A DNA stretch of 63,069 nt, the filler included, from Stramenopiles sp. TOSAG23-3 (taxonomy: Eukaryota), in assembly GCA_900128585.1 (NCBI GenBank). It is 8 parts of 8 records of this genome, joined end to end, with 100 filler letters (N's around TTAATTAATTAA, not from the genome) between each part and the next. Parts side by side here need not be neighbours in the genome. Positions count along the whole stretch, not along the records: positions 15,863 to 23,661 come from LT643098.1; positions 23,762 to 31,558 come from LT643099.1; positions 31,659 to 39,452 come from LT643100.1; 5 more parts are not named here. The stretch is one strand, 5' to 3'. The notes below the pieces were generated by a model that saw only the letters and a program-made list of their open reading frames with translations, made no database searches and was not told the DNA's origin. This document shows, piece by piece, positions 20,020 to 32,023 of this stretch. Position numbers and translations under genes: made by a program. The stretch's first letter is position 1, and every line of letters starts with the position of its first letter.

Positions 20020-21195
20020 ATGTGCTGCTGCGGACCCGAACACGATAATGATCCCTCGTACAAGTCTGCACGTTCGGCAGCTTGCTGTACGTTGACCACT
20101 GAGATCATCGCCTTAGTCATCAACGGCATTCTTTACGCCGCGGTGATTCTTGCAGGAATTCTTGTTTGCTCTATTGCTAATTGGACTGCCGTCGGAGGTA
20201 TTGCCACTGGCACTGTAGGCCAGAAAGGCTATAGCTACAGCTATACCAAGACGTGTGCCGCCAACACCGATTCTTTACTCACCTATTCTGCGATCACCAC
20301 CACAGCTGATTGTGAAGCAGCAAGTAAACAGGATTCTTACGGGGGGGATACAATTTGTAGCGTTAACACTGCAACGACTGTAACTGATCAAAACCTTCCA
20401 ACGGGTTGTGTTTGTGATGAAACAGTTACACCAAATGTATTGAAATTGAACCAGGACACCAACACTGTTAACCCGACTTATCAAACAGTAGCGCTGTGCC
20501 ACACGGTTCGTAAGTATCGCCGCCTACGACATAAACACAACATGAGTATGCCTGCAAACATGGAGTTGTTTACACCTACCAAGATTCCACAGATCGTGTC
20601 ATATCTTCTTCCTGGCTTTCACAGCACATTCATCGAAAAAAATGTGCCGAAGCTTCACAAAGGGCGTCGCTTGGATGCCTGCGGTGACGATCCAGATTGC
20701 AAGAAATTGAGGGAATCAAGTAAAGACGGTTGCAGTGCTGCTGAAACGATTATCTCTTTGTTTTTGCCCAATGTAGTCTTTACGATCTTGGGGGTTGTCT
20801 TTTTTGGTATCACCTCATGCGGAGACTGCTGCAAAACCTGTTGCGGTGGCTACCAAAGACAGATGAAATTTGCCATGGTCTTTTCTATTATTTCCTCTGT
20901 CTGGGGTTTATTGAATACCATTTTGCATTTTATATTGTATACTGCCTTGGCCCACGTGAGAGACATTGCAAAAACCACGGGGCTGAGCCCTAATGCGGTA
21001 ACATTAATTGATGGCCTTGCCACTTGGAAGTTGCTTGCTACTCTCTTCCATGCACTGCTAATGATATTACGCGCGATAAGTGCATTCTTCATGTTCAGGG
21101 CCCAACAAAAAAAGCACAGCAGCAACGCGGATCAAAAGAATGTGGAAATGCAAGTTGTCACAGCTCAAGGTGTAGTAATTCAAGGAAAAGTCTAA
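20020..21195 (+). CDS. Cys-rich multi-pass membrane protein with large extracellular loop
   Basis: One N-terminal and three C-terminal TM helices. The Cys/Thr-rich loop holds two RRL motifs. Confidence 0.8.
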   Translation: MCCCGPEHDNDPSYKSARSAACCTLTTEIIALVINGILYAAVILAGILVCSIANWTAVGGIATGTVGQKGYSYSYTKTCAANTDSLLTYSAITTTADCEAASKQDSYGGDTICSVNTATTVTDQNLPTGCVCDETVTPNVLKLNQDTNTVNPTYQTVALCHTVRKYRRLRHKHNMSMPANMELFTPTKIPQIVSYLLPGFHSTFIEKNVPKLHKGRRLDACGDDPDCKKLRESSKDGCSAAETIISLFLPNVVFTILGVVFFGITSCGDCCKTCCGGYQRQMKFAMVFSIISSVWGLLNTILHFILYTALAHVRDIAKTTGLSPNAVTLIDGLATWKLLATLFHALLMILRAISAFFMFRAQQKKHSSNADQKNVEMQVVTAQGVVIQGKV

Positions 21196-21316
21196 AGAAG
21201 AGACGGAGATAATTGCACGATTTGAGTGGCCAGTAAAAATTAACCAAACGTTTCTGTGTTTAAAGGTTTTATAATATATATAATATTATTTTCATAAGTC
21301 TCGATTTTTTCTAATC

Positions 21317-23661
21317 TTAATGGCGGTGGTCTTCAGCAGCGAGCAAATCGATTGGGGCAAAGCCTCTCTCTATAAGAAACGAGCAAGGGCCGAGTGCAAA
21401 AGCCCAGGTCCCTCCAGTCACAAAAACGTCAACGGCGGTCCGTTGGCCATTCCAATGTGTAGATATTTCTGTCCCATTGGCGCCCAAATGCATCTCGGCA
21501 ACGCATAATGGGAATGGAAGAACATGCTTTTGGTGCAGTTTGTCTGAGACATGCAAGACAAGACGAGCTCTGCCACAGTTGTGGGGTATCGTGGCATTCA
21601 TATGGAAGATCTTTTCTTCCATCTTCCATGCGACTTCCACAGGCCCACAACGCGTTTCTATTCGTCCGTGTGCGGCCTTCAGTATTTTTACAGCATGTAC
21701 ATCTGGTGTTAAGTGCATTGTGACATGTTTGCTCAAGTTGATGGTGCCGTTTCCTCGCAATTTTCTCCAATGCAACGGGATCGACCATGTTGACGGGTCA
21801 ATCCCTACGATAGAATACAGGTACGGACCAATGCTGGCGGTAAACATTGGGTGGTTGTGTGAGTTAGACTGGTCGTTCCACGTTTCCCAGATAGTTCCAG
21901 GCCCCTTCTTCACCATGTAACCCCAAGACGGCTCGTCTTCACGCATTGCCATAGATAGAGCAATGTCACCACGCCCAGCACTGACCAGAGCTTGCAAAAC
22001 AAAACTCGCCCCTACCAGGCCGGAGTTTGTTGCATTCTTCGCTTTTTCCACGTTTTCGACAAAAGCCTTTGCTGCCATTTTTGTTTCTAAATCCGACGGA
22101 GGGATATTTAGAATAAGTGGCATTAAGTTAGCTGTTTGGCTTCCACCCTTGTAGCACTTGCAAGAAAGGTCCCAGTATGTTCGATGATAAGCCGCTTTAA
22201 GTGATAGCAGTGTTCGGTTGTATGCCTTTGCATCCGCATGCTTTCCTAGATATTCAGCCATATCTACCAAATGACTGACAGCTTGAATTTGTGTCATCGA
22301 TGTTACTTGTGGCTTGCCCGTTGCCTCTAAAGATAACCAGTCTCCATAATAGCCAAATTCAATCAACCCGTCACCAGAAGCTTCGCGTTGAAAGAAATCA
22401 ACATTTGCTTTCGCAAAATCATAAAATTTTTCCACCAATTCACTATCACCACTTTTCCACACGACATACGGCAATACAGTAGCGATTGCACCCCAGCTTG
22501 GATCGCCAGGCCATCCGCCAATGTACATGTAAGGTACTACGTCAGCAACACTTCCTTGTATTTGGTCGAACGTTCCGTTTGGGATTCCGGTATAATCGCA
22601 ACCAAATTTAGAATACTTTGGGTAGCAGCAAATGTCCTTATTGGTCTGGGGAAAAACTGGCGTGGTCCCATGAAGAGCGCAGCCCGCATGGTCGTGATCC
22701 AACATGGTCAAAAGCCAATGTTCGTACAGCAATGTCATATCAAAGTTAAGCGAAGCTTGCCGGCTCGTAAATTGAGCATCGCCGGTCCACCCTCGCTTTT
22801 CCCGTTGTGGGCAGTCTGTTGGATGAAAGTGTAAATTCGATAACTGCGTCTGTATAATAGCGGCTTGGATCCCGTTCAAAACAGGACTGTGAGGAAATGA
22901 AATATGGCCCCTTTGAGAAACATTTGAATGAAGAAACAAGCCCACGAGATCAGTAGGAACGGGAGTATACGAGGCTGCGATATTCTCTACTTGAACATAA
23001 CGGTACCCATGATATGTGAACGATGGTATAAATTTGAATCGTTCCGATGCTTCCTGCGCAAGAAAAGGTATGTATGTGTCGGTCTGATTAGCACAGTTGA
23101 TACTGCTGCAGTTACACGGTGTCTTGCACCATGCCATATCGACAGTGCCATCGTCCTTAAGAACTTCCCCATACTTCAGAACAATTGGAGATCCATCGAC
23201 AAACGCACCTCTAGGTAGTGACAACTCGGCATACCCTGCCATATTGTGGCCCATATCAAATACCCAGTGCCCTGGGTGTGGCTGTTGAACTGCGACGGGC
23301 ACATAGCGTTTTGATATTGTTATTGGAGGCATTTGTAACAGCGCAGGTGTCCCTAGCGCTCGTTCTGCCGGAATAGAACCGCTCCCCGTATTGAACATGG
23401 CCAACACAGCCGACTTCCATTTGCTCCGATCGTCCGTGGCCACCCTCCCATCGTACTGCTCGCCGTGGTACAAATGGCTGTAACGTATAGGGTTTGCTTC
23501 TGTCGTAGCTTTCCATAGTCCGTCGGATGTGGATGTTACTATCCTTTGTTGTCTGCCATCTGTGTACGTCACTCTCAGAGACATTCGAAATGCTTTGCAC
23601 ACGTCTGTTGCAGCATGCCCACCAATACAGAACGCATCTTGATACGAAAATCTACACATTC
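21317..23661 (-). CDS. Alpha-L-rhamnosidase, GH78 (5'-truncated)
   Basis: VFDMGHNMAG, FTYHGYRYVQV, PTDCPQREKRGWTGDA, YGDWL, PSWGYM..GPGTIWETW and SHNHPMF. Confidence 0.93.
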
Positions 23662-23761
23662 NNNNNNNNNNNNNNNNNNNNNNNNNNNNNNNNNNNNNNN
23701 NNNNNTTAATTAATTAANNNNNNNNNNNNNNNNNNNNNNNNNNNNNNNNNNNNNNNNNNNN
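23662..23761. other. Artificial contig linker
   Basis: N44-TTAATTAATTAA-N44. Confidence 0.99.
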
Positions 23762-24163
23762 TCTTCTTCTTCTTCTTCTTCTTCTTCTTCTTTCTTCTTC
23801 TTCTTCTTCTTCTTCTTCTTCTTCTTCTTCTTCTTTTTTTTTTTCTCAGTCAGTCCACTCCTCCAATCCATCAGAAGGAGCGAGGAAGAAGGAGAAGAAA
23901 GATGAAGAGAGAATAGAGACTAGAAGAGAGAAGAAGAATTGAATTTGTTGATTATTATTATTAATTGAATTTAAAATAATATTAGTTATAAAAAAAAAAC
24001 TAAATTAGGTACAGTATTATTAAAACAAACAAACAAAACATCATCAACCAAACCAATACTACGACAAACAGCGAGAGGTTCACAGACAAGCACGAAGTTA
24101 GGGTTCAGAAAATAAACAGGAACACCCAAACGGTTCTGCTTGCTCTTCTTCCGGTTCGAAGCA

Positions 24164-26506
24164 ATGTCGTTTCCGTTGCCACCCCCGCCGGCACCAGAAT
24201 CGTCGGCCGCGGGGAACCAGCTCATAGATAACGTAGTCGCAGCCGCCTTAGGGTTGGAGAACGACGACGATGGGAAAAAGAACAAAGGGGCGGACATGGA
24301 GAAGCGGAAAGCTGCAGCGTGGAGTTTTTTGATGGACCGGACGGAGAATAGCACGGAGGCCGCCGAACTGGTTCGCAAAGGGGTGGTAGACGAGCTTTTG
24401 CTCCACGTTCTACACTCGGACGAGGACGGGGACAGGCAGTACAAGCCGTTTGCCCTGCGCGTATTTTCAAGACTGACCCTCCAGAGGGACGAGCGGGTAA
24501 AGAAAGCCCTGCCGTTTCTGACGTTTTTAAAGGTAAGCCTGTCGTTCGTGAAGGATTTTGTAGAGGATTTTCCAAGCTTGCCAACGAGCCAGCAGGCAAA
24601 GGCCGAGGAGGAAGAGAGAAGCTCCAAGCGCGCGCCCCTTCTCCTCAGCTCCCTCCAGTGCATCGTGCACTGCGTTCAGGCGCTGAAAGCGCCTCCTTCG
24701 GCCACCGGCGACGAAGCGGTAACGGGCGCAGATGCCAAGCATATCGAAACCTTCGTCACCGACCTGGGGGGGTTGCAAGTGTTGAAGAACCTTGCAGACG
24801 GCGGCCCATTCCCGGTCCTCACGGAGTTGCACGACAAAGTCTCGGGGGCGACCGCGGCGGCGCTCAACATGATATTCGGCGCTTTGCCCGACACGGTGGC
24901 CGAGAAAGAGTTCCAGGGCATACTGAAGTCGCTCGTCGACGAAAGCAACGCGCAGGCAAACGTTAAAAAGCAGTTGAGCACCATTGCGGCCATCTCCGCA
25001 GTTGCGCACAACCAAGCCTCGATCGAGATGTTGTCGAAGGACGAAAACGCGTGCAAGTGCCTCGCGGGCCTCTGCCGCTCGGGCGGGCCAAGGACGCAGG
25101 CGTACATAATTGACGTCTGTGCCTCGATGGCAGGGAACGAGCGGGGGCGGGTCGTCCTGGAGCCGTTCGTCCCCGTACTTAATTGGTTAATGGAGTTCTC
25201 GACGAAAGAAAATATTCGGGCCAGCGCTGCAGTGACAACCGCAAAGTTGGAAGCTATGAAGAAGAAGACGGGCTTTGACCCGGGGGTTGAAAGCGGCCAA
25301 ATCGTGCTTGCCCAGGTCCTGGACATGTTGTCGTCCCCGCCCTCCGAGGAGGGGTCAAACGCCACGGCGTTGCACGGCGTCGAGGCCCTCACCTACATGC
25401 TGAGCAGCACGCGCGTGAAGGAAGCCGTGTGCGCCTCCCCCGATACCCTGCGAAGCATTATCAACCTGGACATTCTCACCGACAAGGGGCGGAACAAGAA
25501 AGGGAACAAAAGCGTGGGGGTGTACGGTTTGTGCTGCCTGTGGCGGGACCTCACCATGTCCAATCTCGCAAAGAAGAAGGACAAGCTTCGGGAGATGGAG
25601 GTGACCGAAAAGCAGTGGAAAGAGTTCGAAAAGGTGACGAAGATGGGCGGTGGAAGCAACGAGGAGGAAAACGATACGGACGAAATGGTTGCTGCCAGGG
25701 TAGAACAGGTGGTCGCGGCGGGCGGGGTGACGGCGATAATCAACCTCGCCAACCACTTGGAGGCGAACGCAACCGCCGACGACAAGAAGAAAGCCGGGGC
25801 GGCCGCGGCCGCACCCTCCACCGCGCTGGCCCAGGCGTTCTGTAACATCTCCATGTCCGTGAGTGCGCGGGGAAAGCTGGTCGCGGGCGGGGGGGTTAAA
25901 GCGATGATAGCGTTAGCAGATGAGGTACCAGGCTTGGCAGGCCAAGCACTTTCGCGCACCCTGATCACGACCAATCCGTCGTTGCTCCCCCATTCTACGG
26001 CGTCCAACTGCGTCGCCCCGCTGATGTGGTGCATTTCCGAGTCGAAGGACAACCTGAAGGAGTTTGAGGCGCTCATGGGGCTGACCAACCTCCTGAGCCT
26101 CGGTGACGAGACAATTAGCGACCGGGTGGCGAAAAGCCTCCACTGCATAGAGTATGCCCAGTTTTCGAGCCATTTGATGGTTCGCCGCGCTGCCACGGAG
26201 GCCATGTGCAACATGGTTTACCACGAGAAGCTCGTCAAGCACCTGTGCAGCAACGACGGGGAGAAGCTGCGCCTGTGGCTAGCCTTTGCACAAGACGAGG
26301 CGAACGATTTTGAGACCGCGCGCGCCGCCGCCGGGGGCTTGGCGATGATGGTATCGCACCCTGAACTGGCGAAGTTAGTGCTGAAAGAGAAAGGTTTGCT
26401 GATCATGGCAAAGGTTTTGAAAGACAGCACGCACGATGACATGAGGATCAGGGCCATTCACTGCATCAAAACGTTGCGTGAGTTTCAACAAAGTGGGGAG
26501 CAATAG
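24164..26506 (+). CDS. UNC45: UNC-45/She4/CRO1 (UCS-domain) myosin chaperone, no TPR domain
   Basis: ARM repeats. GVEALTYM, RGKLVAGGG, QALSRTLITTNP, EFEALMGLTNL and MVRRAATEAMCNM are UCS hallmarks. Confidence 0.88.
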   Translation: MSFPLPPPPAPESSAAGNQLIDNVVAAALGLENDDDGKKNKGADMEKRKAAAWSFLMDRTENSTEAAELVRKGVVDELLLHVLHSDEDGDRQYKPFALRVFSRLTLQRDERVKKALPFLTFLKVSLSFVKDFVEDFPSLPTSQQAKAEEEERSSKRAPLLLSSLQCIVHCVQALKAPPSATGDEAVTGADAKHIETFVTDLGGLQVLKNLADGGPFPVLTELHDKVSGATAAALNMIFGALPDTVAEKEFQGILKSLVDESNAQANVKKQLSTIAAISAVAHNQASIEMLSKDENACKCLAGLCRSGGPRTQAYIIDVCASMAGNERGRVVLEPFVPVLNWLMEFSTKENIRASAAVTTAKLEAMKKKTGFDPGVESGQIVLAQVLDMLSSPPSEEGSNATALHGVEALTYMLSSTRVKEAVCASPDTLRSIINLDILTDKGRNKKGNKSVGVYGLCCLWRDLTMSNLAKKKDKLREMEVTEKQWKEFEKVTKMGGGSNEEENDTDEMVAARVEQVVAAGGVTAIINLANHLEANATADDKKKAGAAAAAPSTALAQAFCNISMSVSARGKLVAGGGVKAMIALADEVPGLAGQALSRTLITTNPSLLPHSTASNCVAPLMWCISESKDNLKEFEALMGLTNLLSLGDETISDRVAKSLHCIEYAQFSSHLMVRRAATEAMCNMVYHEKLVKHLCSNDGEKLRLWLAFAQDEANDFETARAAAGGLAMMVSHPELAKLVLKEKGLLIMAKVLKDSTHDDMRIRAIHCIKTLREFQQSGEQ

Positions 26507-26897
26507 AGGAAGGGGGCGAAGAAAAGGATCAAGAGGCATTTTCGTAATTTAAAAACAAGAAAATTGGCTGTTATTTAGGTAATTTTCCTTCTCAGAGAGG
26601 TGCTAGAATAAATGAAAACAATATTCCTCTGTGCCGTATAAAAAACAAAGTGTAATGGCTGTTATTTACTCTTAAGACTTACATGAAAGTAAGATTCTTA
26701 GGTGGTTAGTGTTCGTAGATGATTACTTGGTACATTTTATTTGTAACACTTATACTAAATATTTAATTAAATTCACGTAAATATAATAACAGCCAATTTT
26801 TTCTTTTGTTTTTATTTTTTATTTTTTTATAATATTCCTTAAATTATTTTTATTTATACACACACCCCCCCCCACACACACACACACACGCGCGGCG

Positions 26898-28370
26898 CTA
26901 CTTCAGGGACCACATTTCTTTTGCTATTCGTGCGCTATCGGGAATCCTCACGGGTGCACGGCTATTGTTGTTGGCCAGATCCGTGTTAACCTTGAGCCTG
27001 CCTCGCTTCTTTGGGGGCGGTTCATTCAGCACAGACTTATTACTGGAGCGCCCACGACCCTTTCGTTTCTTCCCGCTGGCGGTCTTTTCTGGCGAATTTG
27101 GGAGGGCAGCGACGGACGGATTCACCCCGCCCCGCCGCTTCGTTGTCGACAAGTCAAAATCGTCGAACGAAAACTTTGTCCCGTTCCCCTTTGACCCCTG
27201 CATAGATGCCAACGGGGACGGCAAGTTGAAATAGTCCGCAATCTCTTGAAAGTTGACGTCCGGGAAGTCGGCGCTCCCCCCACCCTCGTTTCCATGGACC
27301 GGGGTGAATTGGAAGGTGCCACCGTGCGGCGTCTGCACGCCCAAATTGCTCCCTGCCTGGTCAAAGTTGCGCGGGGTGTTCAGCAAGTTTTCCGCAAACT
27401 TGGCCAAATTATCCATGTCGTTCCCTTCGGACGGGGAAAGCATGCCTTCAAAGATGGCCATGTCGTCCCTCGTGGCCGCCGCGGCGGCTTTCCCGGCTTT
27501 CTTCTTGGCGGCGGCCTTGGCCTTGGCCTGCTTCCCCGCCGCCTTCTTCGCCCGTTTCGCCGGCGCCGGCTTCGGGGCTTTTCGGTCCTGCGCAAAGTCG
27601 CACTTGCTAAGCATCTGAAGGAGCAGCTGCGTGTGCATACGCCGCCGGGGTGTTTCTAAAGGGACGATCATGTTTGCAGAGTTGTGAGGGGTGACTGGCT
27701 GGTTCCCCGTGGCGGCGCTGCCCACGGCGGTGCTGGCGGCGCCCTTTGCCCCGGCGCCCGGCTTCCCGCCCACGTGCTCGTGAAGGATGGAATAGCACCG
27801 GTGGAAGGTCTGCGCGTCGTTCTCGGAGAGGTCTTCGAGCATGCTGGATATTTCCGTCGGCGCTCCGTCAACGGTCGTGACGGGCTCCTTCGGCTCCGAC
27901 TTCTTCACGGCCTTCGCCAGCCGCCCGTCCTTCTCCCCCGTGGCCGCGGAGGCGGTGGCGGCGGCGGCGGCGGCGGCGCTGCCCCCCTTGGCCTTGAGCT
28001 GCTTGGTCATTTCCTTCGCGATCCGCCGCATGTTTCGGCGCATGGTGCTGTACCAGTGGTTCTTGATCGCGTTGTCCGTGCGCCCGGGCAGCAGCTTTGC
28101 AATGTCGGCCCATTTGTTTCCTAACTTTCTCTGCGCCTCGTATATCGTCCGCTCCTCCTCCTGGGTCCATACCCCTTTGTTGATGGTCGGGTCCAGGTGG
28201 TTGAGCCAGCGCGTCCTGCACTGCTTCCCCGTCCGCTTCGACCCCGCCTTGCTTATTTCCGCCAACCTCTCCGCTATCACCGACCACCGCTTCGTGCCCA
28301 ACTCTTCCACTAGCTTTACAATAGCCTGGTCCTCCGCGGCAGTCCACGCCCGCCGTTCGTGGGCCGACAT
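26898..28370 (-). CDS. R2R3-MYB transcription factor
   Basis: WTAAED...RWSVIA...[24 protein letters not shown]...[23 protein letters not shown]; basic [11 protein letters not shown]. Confidence 0.95.
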   Translation of the reverse strand: MSAHERRAWTAAEDQAIVKLVEELGTKRWSVIAERLAEISKAGSKRTGKQCRTRWLNHLDPTINKGVWTQEEERTIYEAQRKLGNKWADIAKLLPGRTDNAIKNHWYSTMRRNMRRIAKEMTKQLKAKGGSAAAAAAATASAATGEKDGRLAKAVKKSEPKEPVTTVDGAPTEISSMLEDLSENDAQTFHRCYSILHEHVGGKPGAGAKGAASTAVGSAATGNQPVTPHNSANMIVPLETPRRRMHTQLLLQMLSKCDFAQDRKAPKPAPAKRAKKAAGKQAKAKAAAKKKAGKAAAAATRDDMAIFEGMLSPSEGNDMDNLAKFAENLLNTPRNFDQAGSNLGVQTPHGGTFQFTPVHGNEGGGSADFPDVNFQEIADYFNLPSPLASMQGSKGNGTKFSFDDFDLSTTKRRGGVNPSVAALPNSPEKTASGKKRKGRGRSSNKSVLNEPPPKKRGRLKVNTDLANNNSRAPVRIPDSARIAKEMWSLK

Positions 28371-29080
28371 CGTGCCTTTTGGTGTGTTCGGTTGCGTTTC
28401 CTTCGCGTCCGTTTAGTCGTTCGTCCGCTTGGCCGCCACTGGTTCGTTACTTCCTTCCGTCTCTGGTCTGGAACAGATAAATTCAACAACGTTTCCAACG
28501 TGTATCTGTATGTAAATATTCTGCTCTAATACAATTCACCCTTTTCTCTCCTTTATTTTTCTTGGTTCATATTTTTTATGACTTACGTTTCTTCCTCTCT
28601 TTTCTTTCATTTCATTCATTCCATTCTTCTTCAAGTGTTCCTTTTATTTATTATTTATTTTTAATATTCTTATTTTTTATAATATTATTATTATTATTAT
28701 AATAATAGTTGTAGTAGTAGTCAATGTTGGTTGGGTTTTATTATTTATTTTTTTATATTATTATTATTTATTATTTTTATTATCCCACCCATACTATTAT
28801 TATGTTATTAATAATTTAATTATTTATTATTATAAAAATAAGAAGAAAAGAGAAAGAAGAAAGAAGAAGAAAGAAGAGGTCATCATCAATATCAATCAGA
28901 GATAGAAGAAGAAATACAACTATTAGAACTAGTCTATTTACTATTATAACTGACTGACTATGTACTCCTCGTATTCTTTATAATTTAAATACACTTTAAA
29001 TATTCCAATTGTATTCTCTTATTTGTCCAGTTAACTGAAATAGAATAGAATAATAATACAATACAATGTACATACAGAAA

Positions 29081-29130
29081 CAGAATGAAACAGAATGAAA
29101 CAGAATGAAACAGAATGAAACAGAATGAAA
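29081..29130. repeat. (CAGAATGAAA)x5 minisatellite
   Basis: Five perfect 10-mers with no spacers. Confidence 0.95.
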
Positions 29131-29869
29131 ATCAATTTCTATTTCTATTTTAATTTAATAGGAAGTGTAATAATAGTCTTTCTATATCTTAACTATAACT
29201 ATTACTATTATACCTCATAATATACCTATACACTATACAATTGGTAAAATTTAATTAAAAGGAATAGATTTGAAAACTACTGTTTCTTCTTTCTATTTCT
29301 ATTTCTATTTATTTCTATTTTTTCAGTTTAATTTAATTTAAATGAATATAGAATATAGAACTATATAGGTAGAAGTGACATTAAGTATAATATGTCGTAG
29401 GTAGGATTAAATAGGGATGGTGTGGTGGTTATACATTTAAAATATCATTACATAGCACTGTTCGCTATACGCTGTACGGTAGGAACTGATAAATGAAATG
29501 ATTTCAGATTTTGATTAGTCTAGTTTACTATTTAAACTATTTTTAACTGTATACTATTAATAGTCAATAGTCAATACTGTATTAATGTACATTATTAATA
29601 CTGAAGAAGAAATTGCAACAATTATTAATTTGGAAGAAGAAAGTGCTTGAGTACAGTATATATAATTATATAATGTACACTATTTGGATACTTTTATCAT
29701 TATGGTGTGTATAGCTATTAATTATTATACCATCCATATATAGTCGTCGTTCTTTATAATTTAGAAGTGGTGGGTGGGGGTGTGTATGCAAATGAAGTTT
29801 ATAGCTAAATTATATATTATATCGTACGTTTCTCAAATAAAGCTATCTTGAAATATCTCATTAAGTACT

Positions 29870-30901
29870 CTATTCAAACGTTACATCATCATTTTTCAAC
29901 GGTGTGCTTTTGTAAACTTGAGGGTTGATCGGGTTTGGGAAAAAATCAGCCGGCATTGCCTGATCGTTCAGCGGTGGCTCGCCTTTCTCCCACTTTTCCA
30001 CCGTCTCTTGAGGGACGCCTTCACTCCCGCTCCCGCCTTCGCTCCCTCGCTGGGCCAACGGGATGCCAACGGCCATGCGGGACGGGACTTTGTACCGCCA
30101 ACGGTGGCGGACCGAGGCAGGAATGTAGTATGGGCTGTCCGGGTCCATGTCACTCCGGTGGTACTGGTAGATCGGTTCTGGCAACACGTCCTGTGGTTTG
30201 AACCCTGGGAAATTGATGAATTTTTGACTTCCAGGGATCATGGGGTCATCGACGGATTCCGGATCGTAAGGAAGGGGTGAGGGGACCGAGAAGCCCGCCT
30301 TCAGACCCCCCTTTCCGCCTTTCTTACCTCCCCCCTTCTTACCTCCTCCGCCCTTGTCTCCACCCTTCTTCCCGCCTTTGTCCTTCTTCCCGCCTTTGTC
30401 CTTCTTCCCACCCTTCTTCCCGCCTTTGTCCTTCTTCCCGCCCTTGTCCTTCTTTCCGCCCTTGTCCTTCTTTCCGCCCTTGTCCTTCTTCCCGCCCTTG
30501 TCCTTCTTCCCGCCCTTCTTGTTCTTCTTCCCGCCTCCTCCCTTCTTCCCGCCTCCGCCTTTGGATTCTTTAGCTGCTTTTGCTTTCTTGCTTTTACCTT
30601 TCCTAACTTTCATACTATTCGCGTCGCCTTCCCTGACTACTTGTAGAAAAGCGACTTGGCTCGGACTCGAAAGGTGAACCGCAGAGACCTCGACCGAAAC
30701 GAGGCCATCCACCGCTTTCCGCGACCCAAGAGGCATTTTTTGGTGTCTTTTATGTACGAACTGCCCCTTTTTCAAAGACAAACTATTTTCTGAATGCACG
30801 ACCGAAAAATGCGCAACGAAAACAAAAATCACATGGAGCAGTGCCACTCGCCAGGGCTGGGACTGCCAGGCACCTTGTTTGTGACGGCAAAGGCCAGCCA
30901 T
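29870..30901 (-). CDS. Secreted protein with GGKKDK repeats and Pro-rich C-terminus
   Basis: Hydrophobic leader VALLHVIFVFVAHFSVVHS, AFLQV motif, about seven GGKKDK repeats. Confidence 0.75.
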   Translation of the reverse strand: MAGLCRHKQGAWQSQPWRVALLHVIFVFVAHFSVVHSENSLSLKKGQFVHKRHQKMPLGSRKAVDGLVSVEVSAVHLSSPSQVAFLQVVREGDANSMKVRKGKSKKAKAAKESKGGGGKKGGGGKKNKKGGKKDKGGKKDKGGKKDKGGKKDKGGKKDKGGKKGGKKDKGGKKDKGGKKGGDKGGGGKKGGGKKGGKGGLKAGFSVPSPLPYDPESVDDPMIPGSQKFINFPGFKPQDVLPEPIYQYHRSDMDPDSPYYIPASVRHRWRYKVPSRMAVGIPLAQRGSEGGSGSEGVPQETVEKWEKGEPPLNDQAMPADFFPNPINPQVYKSTPLKNDDVTFE

Positions 30902-31482
30902 TCTATACGAACTAAATAAAAATTCTGACTGTGGCAATATCGCGCTGCGTTTCAACACAGAATCGTTTGCACGTTACTTTTGACAAGAGGTTGTGGGTTG
31001 AAAACAACAATCCGATAGCTGAGGTTGTTAAAAATGAACCATTTCATCCACATGTTCCTTGTTTCTCCCCCTACCTAATAAAAACTGATTCTTTTTTATT
31101 TTTAATAATAATGCGTTCGTTCTATAATACTGCTACCTTGGTATTAAATATTAATAGACTCCATCCTCCCCCCCCTTTTTCATTGGTGGTTGTTAACATT
31201 ACCTTCCTAATATATCAATGATATGACCCTGTGTAAATAGGTTGAAAGGTCTTTAGCATAGGGTGTGCTTTCCTTTCCTTCTTTCTTGAGATAGAAGTAT
31301 GAACGAGGACGATAGAATACGTTGAATAGAATAGAATAGATTGTGTGATAGTGTACATTATAATGTAATAGTCGTTCGTTATTCTTGTCTTTTCTTTCCT
31401 TTTCTTTCTTTCCTTTTCTTTGTTTCCTTTTCTTTCATTTCTTCATTCAGTTTCTTTTTTACTTCGATTAGTAGTCTATTAT

Positions 31483-31558
<76 letters not shown>

Positions 31559-31658
31559 NNNNNNNNNNNNNNNNNNNNNNNNNNNNNNNNNNNNNNNNNN
31601 NNTTAATTAATTAANNNNNNNNNNNNNNNNNNNNNNNNNNNNNNNNNNNNNNNNNNNN
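31559..31658. other. Artificial contig linker, preceded by (AAAG)n at 31484-31558
   Basis: N44-TTAATTAATTAA-N44. Confidence 0.99.
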
Positions 31659-31660
31659 AA

Positions 31661-32002
31661 ACCCTGGAAGGGTTCGTGATGATTCCGTTCATCGTCTGGA
31701 AACTGACCCAAGCGCACACCTACTCGTTTATGCTCTTCAGCGTCATTGGGATGGTGTGCTTCGTGCTTCAATACATCCCGCTGTTTTTCGTCTTGAAATG
31801 GGCGAGCAATGCAACGAAAGATAAGAAATACGATGCGGACAAGTGCCCCAAACCAAGCAAGGTCTTTGTGTTCCCCTTCTGCTCCAAGAACTTGGACGAT
31901 AGTGTAGGAGGGGTATTGACGTGGGAGGAATACGAAGCGCAGCAGAAAGAGAAAGAGAAAGAAGAGAAGAAGAAGACGAAAATAACCCCGGTCCAACCAT
32001 AA
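31661..32002 (+). CDS. 3' end of a membrane protein (5'-truncated)
   Basis: Open from the contig start (TLEGFVMIPFIVWK...), with TM helices and a charged tail. Confidence 0.7.
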   Translation, partial: TLEGFVMIPFIVWKLTQAHTYSFMLFSVIGMVCFVLQYIPLFFVLKWASNATKDKKYDADKCPKPSKVFVFPFCSKNLDDSVGGVLTWEEYEAQQKEKEKEEKKKTKITPVQP

Positions 32003-32023
32003 GTTAACTTCTAGATAAAAAAA

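Noticed and set aside
9757-23661. PduL plus rhamnosidase as a rhamnose/propanediol cluster
   Set aside because: They lie on different contigs, so adjacency is artificial. No BMC shell or other pdu genes are visible.
29081-29130. Possible CRISPR array
   Set aside because: 10-bp units with no spacers, no cas genes, eukaryotic context.
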